A stretch of 64,000 bases of DNA, taken from contig NC_135662.1 in the NCBI RefSeq assembly GCF_964188315.1, forward strand, positions 59,706,001 to 59,770,000, in the 5' to 3' direction. Both the position numbers and the translations under genes were made by a program. The stretch's first letter is position 1. Each line of letters opens with the position of its first letter. This stretch comes from Podarcis muralis. Lineage: Eukaryota. The notes beneath the pieces were generated by a model that worked only from the letters and a program-made list of their open reading frames with translations, made no database searches and had not been told where the DNA came from. Below, in pieces: positions 47,501 through 57,911 of this stretch.

Positions 47501-48858
47501 TTTGCCTGTGACCACAATAAACAATTCATTCATTGACATTTGTGTTGTGCTGACCAAGCATGTGAACCAAAGTATATGTGATCTTCTTCCTGACACAACA
47601 CCACCATGTGGATGTTCATATGATTGTGCTGACTTGTCTGGTAAACCCAGTACAAATAAAGAATAAATTAGGGAAATTAGAGAATAGTCTTTGACCTGGC
47701 CAAAATTTTACCACAGTGGACTTTAAATATCCTCTTGATAGCAAAAAGAAAAATATTCTCACTTTGTTTCTTTTAGATGGAAAAGGATTTGATACCTTCC
47801 ACAGAGTAGCCTGGATAGTTAAATATTTGGCAAGTTATAGGAGCCTTGAAAAATAAATAAAGCAGAATAAGGACAAAAGTAGAGGTTCAGTGAGATTAGA
47901 GAAAACCTTGCCCTATGAACAGCAGGGAACAATGGCTGTGTTTGCCACAGATCCTGTATTTCCTGAAGAAATTAGCATCTTATCAACCACGCAACAAGAA
48001 TATTGTTAATGGCAGTGGAAAACTGGATTTTTGTTAATGACTGTTAAAATGTATCGTGGGACTGTTAAACGTATCATGCGATTCAATGACTTCCTTTTAA
48101 AAATAACAGGAAATAGCCTCATTTTTGCACATAAAAATAAAGAATATAAAAATACCCAGTTGAATAATAGCAAAGGGAACATGAATGAAGCTTGGATTGA
48201 AAACCATGAACTGAATAGAAGCCAAAAAGCAGGAACCCAAATGAATACAGGGAGTGGGAATGCTATTTTAGCATAGGAAGCCTAGAGAACAACCTACCAG
48301 ATATACCAGAAGATCTGCCTATCAATAAAAATACACCAAAGTCCAATTAATTGAACAGAACCTTACTGGAGAACCCATGGAGCCAAGTAATGTTTCAAGA
48401 ACTGCCTTCTGGAGCCAGCCATCATGTTGGCATGGAGTCATTGCAATGCAATACCCCCAATACCCAACTCATACATTTGCCCCAGGATACCACCGTCAAG
48501 CTGCTGGGAGATCAAGAAGAATCAACAGTCATACTCTCCATTTCTAGAATGGACAAAGAGAAGGGAAGCAGAGTCCCACCAGTGTACCTGCTAAGCAACC
48601 AGCAACCTTTTGGTTGCTCCTCTCCTTAAACTGTTTCCATTTCACCTGGTCTTTAAACCTGGTCTTTGTAACCAATGAATAGTGCACAAAATTGCTTTTT
48701 TCCTTCTCCCTCCCCCTCAGTTTTCCTTTTGAATTGTCGTCCAGATTTTGAACCTGAAGGCAGGGACTGCCATATTACTTATCTCTGTAAACTGCTCTGA
48801 GTGCATTTTTCACTGAAGCAGTACAAAAATGCTTCAAATAAATAAGAAATAAATCTAG

Positions 48859-48975
48859 TTTAATCCTTACAACAATCCTGTAATATTAGGTTTGAGAAAG
48901 AGTGACTTGCCTAAGACAAGTTCTTGGCAGAGCAAGATTTGAGCGGGGAATTCCTGATCTCATTCTGTTAGCCAC
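48859..48975 (-). mobile_element. Old SINE fragment (Squam3/MIR-like)
   Basis: AATCCTTACAACAATCCTGT..GAGTGACTTGCCTAAG..GAGCAAGATTTGAGC. Confidence 0.45.
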
Positions 48976-51964
48976 GATGAAACCAACATTCTTGTCTCAA
49001 CACTTCTGATGCAAACAAAACTTCTCCACAATTCTGAAAATGTGTGACCCAAGAACTACATAACAAAAATAAACACCTAAACGGGAACATGTATTTTTGC
49101 ATGCTACAACAAAATATAAATTTGGAAACTATTATCTTACATGCCATTACACTCCAGAGAAGTCATTTGTTTCCCCACTACAAACCTGATTTAAGACTAA
49201 TGTACAGTATGCATTTACTTTGTCAGATGTTAGGGTATGATAATATTTTGCAAGGAGATGGCTTGGTCTGGAAAATGTTCCAAAATGTATTTAACTTGTG
49301 GAGATCCGTGATGTCCTGATTAGGGCTGAACGAATAACTTTCTGGATCTCTTTAACTCAATGGCAAATTTTCACTAACTTCAACTGAACCACAAGTTTTT
49401 ACTGTGTTTGCAGACTGGCAATGTTAATGGGTGTAGCTGCTTCAAGAAAACTGTGGTAAAAGAGTAACTGATCCTCTAGAAGGCATCACGCCCAACATGC
49501 AGAGTTGAACTAACACACACACACACACATCTCATCACCACAAGTATGAAAGCAATGCCTCGCCATAATGGTATAAAGCTGATGGCTTGCAGAAGGAAAC
49601 TTGCAGGCAGAAATGTTCAGGAGACAGAAGATTAAATCCACAGTATGAATGACAATATATAGGAAAAAGCCTAATATTTACCATTGTCCAGATGCATAGA
49701 GGGGAATCTCACCTTTCTCCTGTGCTTTGGCAGTTAATAGAGTTGCAAGCAGTCCAGGATTTCTTTTCACTGGTTACAGCTTGCTTCTTCTTTCAGAAAT
49801 GCAGCCATTTCTTCCATGCAGCAGATAAAGAAACCAATGACAGCTTCAGGTAACGTCTCAAAAAATCTCTTTCTGCAACTACATAGTCCTTTTTAAACTC
49901 TTGTTTGCCTTCTATACTCCCTTTCACCCTAACTTATCACCCTTCTATATTTTCCAAAGGAGCTGCAGTTCAGAATCTGCATACCTCAGCAGTCTTAGGC
50001 AACCTATTACTGGGATTTCTTTGCCACATATATTTGGTTTGGGTAGTGAATAGTGCAATTGCACCTCCAGCAACTGGCCTAGTCTGAAGAGGGGTTTTAC
50101 AACTGTAACGGTCTGCTCACTGCAATTGATACAGGCAGTTTGTGTCAGAAGGCACCACCTCCTCCTCCTCCTCTTCCTACAAAAGGCAAATTCATTCTGC
50201 ATTTCAGGAGTAGAGTGTTAGAAAGAGTCTGTCTCTTAAGGACTGCCACAGCTACTGTGTGTTGGGGTGTGGAATAAGGAAGCTCAACCTAAAAAGAAAG
50301 GAATGCTGTGTACTCACTGCATTTAATATATATCCAACAAATATTTAATATATGGGTACTCATAAGAACTGCACAGAAAAACAGAGTGGACCTGTAAAAC
50401 ATAGTTCTCTCTGTTTTGAAATAAAAGAAACAAATCTGAAATATTCTTTGTCTGTAGTTTATAAATATAACCAGACTTACAGAGGAATATTATTGTAGTC
50501 AATTCACAGGTGATTTGATACAAATAAATGTTTACATATTTTTTACAGGCAACTTTCCCAGAATTAAGAGCATAAAGCTTGCAGGAACTTTAACATAAAA
50601 GAAGCCAGCCACTTTTTGGTTTAATTCATATCATGATTTGCACACCATACAAATACATAATTAACTTCAAAATGCTATGAAGACTGATGCCATTGTATGA
50701 ATCCAGCCTGGAAGAGAGGTTAGCATTTCCGATCCGTCAAAGTCAATGAAATAAATACCATTCTAACGTTCTTAGATGCAACAGCAATCCATTATTTGAT
50801 ACCCTGGCTCGTCAATGAACCATTAGAACAAAGCAGTTCTGAAAGCTTAGGCATAATGGAAAACTGTGGTTAATTCCAAAGCAAAGGCTTCCAGATCTTC
50901 CCCTTACATGTGGAAGGGACAAGGGGGGAGTGTGCAAACACAAAGATTATGCAGGCTCATTCTTATGTTTTGTAGCTATGACTGAATTAGACTTGTGTCT
51001 TATTATGTGAGACCAGCAACGTAACAATATATTAAGTCTTTGTATCGTGATTTTAAACTTTTGTTTCATCACAATACTCCTCAGTCTTTGAAGATGTGAT
51101 AACATAATTATTAGCTTAGCTTTTTATTCCACAGTACCTAATCACTATCAACTGTCCTTGTTACTTTAGGCAGAGCTCCATTTACAGAGTTGCACGCTGG
51201 CATTCAAGATAACAGCAGCCTCTATCTGGAATAGTTCAGTTTTAGATTTCAGTTTAGTTTTTTTACATACGCATCTTGATGTGTATTTTGCACTTTGGAC
51301 TGGAAGGAGGAGCTGGAGGTCAGTGGAATTTTTGCTAGTGTGTGCTTGATCCATCAATAGTTAGAAGTAATATTTATTTTTAATTACATTTCTATAAACT
51401 TAGTGGATGTCAACGGAAACAAAACACATTTATTCCAACAATGAGAAATGTATCTCTGTTGTTCTCTGTAAGACATAATTCACCACGAATGGAAAGAATA
51501 ACTGTTTCTAACAGCACAATCCTATTCAGAGGTATGTAGTTCAGAGGGACTTAATCCTAGAAAGTAGGTATCAGACTACAGTGTGAATGGAGCCAAGTTT
51601 CATAGGTTTTATTATTTAAATAATAAATATTACAAAGAATTACTAACATGGTTTTTAACATGACCACTAGCCCACAGTACCTCTTACAGACTTCCTACAA
51701 TTCTGCTGAAGATATTTCATGCATCTGTACATATTGTAGAATCTTCCATCTAATTTTACTTTCGAAGGCAGGGATATTGAAGACTGCATCATTTTGATAC
51801 CTGTAAACAAAAGCACATGTGCCCAAGTAGATCAGACACACTCAGTGACATACATTGCACACAGGTGCATTGCCTTTCATTCACCCAATAACTTACCCAT
51901 ATACTATATCTATTCTACCCTGTTTTCTCTCTTGTGCTCCCATCTCTCCTCGAGAGTCCATTTA

Positions 51965-52190
51965 CAGTGGTACCTCGGGTTAAGTACTTAATTCATTCCG
52001 GAGGTCTGTTCTTAACCTGAAACTGTTTTTAACCTGAAGAACCACTTTAGCTAATGGGGCCTCCTGCTGCTGCCACGCTGCCAGAGCACAATTTCTGTTC
52101 TCATCCTGAAGCAAAGTTCTTAACCCGAGGTACTATTTCTGGGTTAGCAGAGTCTGTAACCTGAAGCGTATGTAACCTGAGGTATCACTG
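51965..52190. mobile_element. Tigger-like MITE, subfamily B
   Basis: TIRs and TA TSD; about 0.65 kb upstream of the DEK core promoter. Confidence 0.9.
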
Positions 52191-52339
52191 TATTGTAGTC
52201 TTTTAATATTGAAACTGGAAGGTTTTCAACGGAAATATGTTATTAATGTTATGAGTCACACTGGGGATTCTGGTAAAAAAGCAGTATACAAATCTAAATA
52301 GAAATACAATAAATAGTTGATTCCAATCCTGAACGCGGC

Positions 52340-52440
52340 TGTAGGAGAAACATAGTATTTAATGTATTTTTAATATTTTGTTGGAAGCCACCCAGTGGCT
52401 GGGGAAACCCAGCCAGATGGGCCGGGTATAAATAATAAAT
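52340..52440 (+). mobile_element. L2-type 3' tip
   Basis: AGCCACCCAGTGGCTGGGGAAACCCAGCCAGATGGGCCGGGTATAAATAATAAAT; same family as 4866-4960. Confidence 0.7.
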
Positions 52441-52835
52441 TGTTGTTGGTAGATTTTATAGATCGGTGGCAATATGGACACGGGGTTTTCTCTCTATGCT
52501 TAGTGCGCCTGAGCTGGCAGAAGAACCAGAGCTCTCATTGGGCTGCGCTCTGGTCCCTTTCCCCTTCAGGAGTTGCAAATGCGCTTTCGTCTTGCGGCCG
52601 CTTAAAAAAAAAAACCATTCGGACGGGCCCCCCAACCACAGCAGCAAGCATGCTCGAGGGCGCCACCATGGAAACTTCCGAACCGCCCCGCCCCCAGTTG
52701 CACGCATGCGCCGTGGAGCTTATCCCCTGCCAAACACAAAACCTCCCTTTCACCCAGTTCGCGGCGCGAGGCCTTTCCTTTCTGCCCGTCACTTTCTCAA
52801 AACCCCGCCTCACACGCCAGACGTCCCGAGCGACG

Positions 52836-52888
52836 ATTGGCCAGCGATTTCCCGCTTCCTTCTTCCCCTTTGACAACCCGCCATTTTG
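52836..52888 (+). promoter_or_regulatory. DEK: DEK core promoter: inverted CCAAT, E2F and YY1 sites
   Basis: ATTGG 52836-52840; TTTCCCGC 52848-52855; CCGCCATTTTG 52878-52888; GC boxes near 52684-52696 and 52952-52960. Confidence 0.75.
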
Positions 52889-53129
52889 AAACGTTGTTGA
52901 TTTTTATTTTTTTTTCCTGGGGAAGAGTGAGCAACAGCCTCACGTCTGGTCCCGCCCCCCTCCTTAAGTCTCTTATCAGCCGCTGCTCTTGTTACCTGAG
53001 CGGTGGTTTGTTTTTTTCCCCTTTTATATTTTCTCTCTTTCTTTTTTAAGAAAAACCGTGGCTGTCCGCCATCGCTGCTGCTGCTGACACTTTCTCAGAA
53101 GTGCCCCGAGGTGTCCGTCTCGCGACGAG
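52860..53129 (+). other. DEK: DEK non-coding exon 1 (start approximate; may be split by a 124-nt intron)
   Basis: Consensus donor GAG|GTGAGT at 53130 inside the CpG island. Confidence 0.7.
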
Positions 53130-54822
53130 GTGAGTGTTCCGTTGCTCCCGGGATAACGGTCGAAGGCGAGGTCCTAACGGCCTGGGTGGCGGTTTCGAAC
53201 GCCCAGGAAGCGACGTTTGCCGCGCGCAGCCCGCTCTGTGGAAACGGTTAAGGCGGCAGGGAGCCTCCTTGCTCGGAGCCTGACAGGATTTCTGTTCCCT
53301 CCGCCCGGCCTTGACGTCTCTTCAGCGTTTCCCGCCGGAATCCTCTCGCCTGACATTATTGCCCTTGTAAGGGGCTTAACCGTTTACTTATAGTGAGGGG
53401 CAGGTTGAACACGGAGGGGGAGGGGGCGGGATGAGGGCTACCTCTCTTTCTCTGTCTTCTTCTGCCTCGGTCCCGAAAACCCCGGAGCTTATAAATGCTT
53501 AAGGAAGAGATGGCTGGAGCATGGAGTCGCGTTTGTTTTGCCAGAGTTATTCTTTCAAAATGTTCCGTTTTGCTCGGAGTTTCTGTCGTGCTAAAGCAAA
53601 AGCCAATGGAAACATTCCCCCAACAACAACAACCCGTATTCCAAAAACGTCACTGCTTTAGTTTGTTTTAGGAAGAAGAAAGAACGGCAGTCCTAGAAAG
53701 ACCAGCAGGAGTTTGAATGGATTAGAGTCCACCTGTTCGGATGCATAAAGTGGCTTCCGTGTGCTGGTGGTTTTTTATAGGTGTATGTAAAAGTTTAAAT
53801 AGAAACTTCACATAATGGGGTGAAAACAGTACACTACTGTCTGCTGCATGTTTTGTTTTGACCTCTGGGTGGGCTTCAGATATTTTTGGTTGAAGTGGGG
53901 ATATGTTCCAAGTTAGTGTTGGTGCATGGAAACATAAGACAGTTGTCATTCTACTACATATCTTATTTATGGGGCATCAAATTATGCCAGCACCACACAC
54001 TATTAACATAATGTGTGATCGTGTAGGATAGCAGATTTCCAAGTTGTTTGGATTGTTTACCTCCTTCCTTTTGTGAAATCTTGTCAAAAAGACATGCCTT
54101 GTTCTGTTTAAGTCACTTGGGACGTTTATAACTAGGAATCCGTGTTGAAACCCAAAGCTCAAAATAATTTATGCAAAGTGTATACAGTTTATTTTGCAAG
54201 CACATGTTCAGCTTGCATGCTTTAGTCAGTGTCCAATATTTGCATACTTCTGAACTTGGCCCCCAGAACTATTTCACTGGATTACAGGTAGTAAGTGTGG
54301 GTGTCAAAGCGTGTGAAGACCATGAGGAATACGTAGCCATACAGATCACAGGAACTTGACTCTTTCCTTCTTCAGATGCTGCCTGTATTTTTATGTCATT
54401 AAAACTAGTTTTTAGAAAGTTTCTTTTTAACAAAGGAGGCTATAGCTAGATTTGTGTAAAATTGCAGAGGATTAAACACTGTTATGTATAATCAGTTGTA
54501 TGGGGGAAAATTCCTTCTCAGAAGAAGCAGTTGCTTACTCCCAACTTCCGTAAATGTTTTTTCATTTGTCCTTCAGACCTAGCTTTTACTTTGCGGCATA
54601 TTTATTAGTCATATGTTGTATCTGATACATAAGGCAGTTGATGTAAACATATGTAAAACAGTCACACAACTGTTAATAATGTGGTATATGAGAACTTGCT
54701 GTTAAGGAGAATTCCTTTCTATGTTGCAAGAATGATGGAAGGGCACATGGTCAAATGTTATTTTATATCAAAGTCATATTGACATTATATTTCCCCTGTG
54801 TTTTCATGCAGAAGAACCAACC

Positions 54823-54949
54823 ATGTCATCTGTAACTGAAAAAGATGGTTCACTGTCTGCTGAACAAACAGAAGAAAGAGAACCGGAAACTGAGGACAAA
54901 GTTGAAGATAGTGAAGAAGAGGAGGAGGACGAGGAGGAGGAGGAAAAAG
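54823..54949 (+). CDS. DEK: DEK first coding exon (acidic N-terminus)
   Basis: Acceptor TTTTCATGCAG| at 54811; MSSVTEKDGSLSAEQTEEREPETEDKVEDSEEEEEDEEEEEK+G; donor AAG|GTAGAA; phase 1 joins the next exon as E-K-S-L-I-V. Confidence 0.85.
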
Positions 54950-56445
54950 GTAGAAAAACGCTAATGTGAAGGAACACTAGAACTTGCACTAAGCTAAATA
55001 TTTAGTTCAAGATCAAAAAGCCTGTATGTGCAGGGTTTAGAAAGCTCTCCAGATGTAGTCCCTTGCCCCCATCCAAGCAAAAACACTCTAGAATGGAGTC
55101 CAACATAATGTGAAGAGCTGCAGCTGGAAAGAAAAGGCACTTTCCTCTCAATGTCCAGTATCAGATGGCACTGGAGATGAAACATTTTTACGGATGCATT
55201 TATGGAAAATTAGTTAAAAACAATCTTTGAGTATTCTGTAAAATTATATGCGCACTCAGTTTTTAATAATGATAATAAAAAATGATAGCTCTTCTAACTG
55301 AGATCAAACTGTAACCTTCTGAGAAGATGTTTGGGTTGCTTTTTCTCTAGTAATTTAGAGCATTAATAAGTTATGGGCAGCTCTGCAGAGAGTACAGATG
55401 TGCTTGGGGCTCAGAAAAAGGTAGGAAAGCCAAGAAGTACAAGTAGGATAAAGTGGACAGTTTTGTATAGGTGATGGAGAATGAGCACTTCTTCACCTTG
55501 CTCTTATTTTTATATAGGAACAGCCATCTGTTTGTATAAACTTTATGTTGCATGTGAGTAAGGTTTTAAACGCACCTAGGTTACATGTTTATTTACTTGT
55601 ATATTAGGCAAAATGGTGAGTTTAGTATTTGGAAATCAATAATCTGGTTTGATAGTCATTTTACAGTCTTTATACGTATATATTACTGGATTGTAAGCTT
55701 TAGATAATTAGAGTTTAAATAGTTCTGTGTATAAATAAAGGTGACCTGGGCTGTTTCTCTTCCTCATTGTGTTTTGTATTATTCCAGTTCTGGTGGTTAC
55801 TTCCTTTGTTTCAGGGTTCAGATATTGAAAAGTATGATGAGTGGCTTGCTGATACTATTCCTATCTAGTTTCTCTATTTTAATTAGAATCTGTGTAGACA
55901 TGTTTGTTCATAGAGGGACTAGTTTTTTGAGGTCAATACGTATTTTATTAACATATACTTTCTGTGGGAACTAGCAAATATTTCTTGTTAGTTGGAGAAT
56001 GAGGAATGAAGTAGTGTCAGTCAGGTGTGTATGTAAAGTCTCCTTTCCAGAGCCAAGCTTGAACACTTGTTCATAAGTTGCCATTACAACGCTTCTCAGT
56101 TACAATCCTTCACAGCGCTTGGGGGAGGTTGTGTTTTCTTACGTGACTAGAGAAAGGCTGTTGTAGATTTATTTTAACAAGTAAAATAAGTACAACATTT
56201 AGTGAACCTTCAGAAATATTCCAGCCTGGAATTCCCAGTTTCAGAGTGAAAATTGCCACAGGTGTGGTGGCAGATCTGTAGATCTCCATGGCAGATCTGT
56301 AGTCCAACCCTAATTTGCTACAGTTTTGGGTGTTCCCAGAATGTTTCTTAGAATATTAAATATGTACTTTTGATCTATAGGTCTGTTTTTTTCTATATGG
56401 TAACTAACTGTGTTTCAAAATTTTATATATAATTGTCTATTTCAG

Positions 56446-56547
56446 AAAAGAGTCTCATTGTTGAAGGAAAAAGAGAGAAGAAAAAAGTAGAAAGATTGAC
56501 CATGCAAGTTTCTTCATTACAGAAAGAACCTTTTACAATTACACCAG
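56446..56547 (+). CDS. DEK: DEK coding exon (102 nt)
   Basis: (E)KSLIVEGKREKKKVERLTMQVSSLQKEPFTITP; acceptor TTTCAG; GC donor CAG|GCAAGT. Confidence 0.95.
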
Positions 56548-56683
56548 GCAAGTTATTTTTTTGCATACTGTATATTGAACATGAGTTATCTTTACATGTT
56601 TTTAAGTAGCAAGTACTTAGAACTCATCTTGTTCCAAATAATTCCAAATAAATAAAAATAATACCAATTTTATTATTCATATG

Positions 56684-57501
56684 TGTCAGAGCTGCCCGAG
56701 GTCCCAGCTCACAAAGGACCAACGCCAGTTCGTTGTTATATACAAAAGTCTTTATTGAAGTTCAGTTTCGCTTTCACAGCTGCAGCGCGCAGCTCTACGT
56801 CTCAAACTCTAGACCGCTGAAGCTCCGTCTGAATCTCCTCCCCCCAGACACCAGTTTAAGACTCTAGCCTTGCTCCACCTCTTCCTTTGCTCTTTCCTCC
56901 TCTGGTTCCGCCTGTCCGCTGGGGTCTTGCCCTTCCTAGACTCTTCTGACGCTGAGTCCCCTGAGTCTTCCCCCTGCCTCCGGCGGGCTTTAGGACCTGG
57001 TTCCCAATCCAGGTTTTCTGCTGTCCCGCGCGCCTGTACATTCGAACTTGGAGCGCGCGCCCAGCCGGCAACCTTCCTCCTGACCGTTACACTGCTCCTG
57101 TCACTGCTTCCCCTAGGCTAGCTGGACCTGACCTCCCCTCCGTTCCCCCACTCTCCGATAGAGGCGTGGTCAGCCCTGACTCATCTTCTCTCCCTGCTGG
57201 AGGAGACGCTGGCCCTGACACATGGGACTCTTCCCCCCCACTACGCTCTGGTGGGGAAGCTGGTCCTGATCTCCCGCTGCTGCTTTGGGAGTCCCCGCTG
57301 GCCCCTTGCTTCTGGTGCGTCCCCCCTGGGACCCCCCTTGCCCTGACCATCGGCGCCCCCTTCTGGGAATCTTCTGATTCGCTGGAGAAGCTCATGGAAT
57401 CTCTCGGGTCACTGTCATACTCCCCTACGCTGCCCTCAGATTCTTCCCCTTCGCTCTCCCTTTCCTCTCTCCCCTGTGCCTCTGCTCCTGAGCCCCTGAC
57501 A
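56684..57501 (-). mobile_element. Solo LTR (818 bp), antisense in DEK intron 3
   Basis: Termini TGTCAG...CTGACA; exact 5-bp TSD ATATG (56679-56683, 57502-57506); minus-strand AATAAA at 56756-56751. Confidence 0.88.
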
Positions 57502-57801
57502 ATATGCCTCCCATCTGATTGGGTTGCATTGGAGCCATTATATCAAAATGTTGAAATTTAATTCAAACACTTGACTGCCTTTCAAGCAGAAGCATGTTAG
57601 CTAATCTTAAGGAGGACCCATACAATTTTTTTTTAAAAATAATAATAATATCCACAGCCCCTGTCAAAAAATTATACAACAATACCAATCATTTAAATAT
57701 ATATGACTGATAACTATAACCACCTCATAAGTGTAATCTAGTAACTATTAGTAAGCATTAATGTTGTTAAATAGACTAATGTAATACATTTTCCCTTTCA
57801 G

Positions 57802-57911
57802 GAAAGGGACAAAAACTTTGTGAAATTGAAAGAATACAGTACTTTTTAAGCAAGAAGAAAACAGATGAACTTCGAAATCTGCACAAACTTCTATACAACA
57901 GACCAGGCACA
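57802..57911 (+). CDS. DEK: DEK coding exon (110 nt)
   Basis: (G)KGQKLCEIERIQYFLSKKKTDELRNLHKLLYNRPGT; AG/GT boundaries. Confidence 0.97.

Larger units (their letters stand above)
52500..53530. promoter_or_regulatory. DEK: CpG island at the DEK 5' end
   Basis: Dense CpG and high GC against the window background; lies upstream of the DEK start codon. Confidence 0.88.

Noticed and set aside
49797-49849. 53-nt plus-strand exon with good splice sites
   Set aside because: Isolated, with no partner exons or coding signal; consistent with chance.
52427-52434. TATAAATA as a DEK TATA box
   Set aside because: It belongs to an L2 3' tail and lies ~430 bp upstream of the probable TSS in a CpG-island promoter.
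52395-53356. Long ORFs across the DEK CpG island
   Set aside because: Expected from high GC content; overlapping on both strands; no recognisable homology.
54804-54989. Minus-strand Ser-rich ORF (and a similar one at 62960-63178)
   Set aside because: Antisense shadow of the acidic DEK exons.
55835-55865. C/D box snoRNA in a DEK intron (ATGATGA...CTGA)
   Set aside because: The boxes are only ~8 nt apart, too short for a snoRNA.
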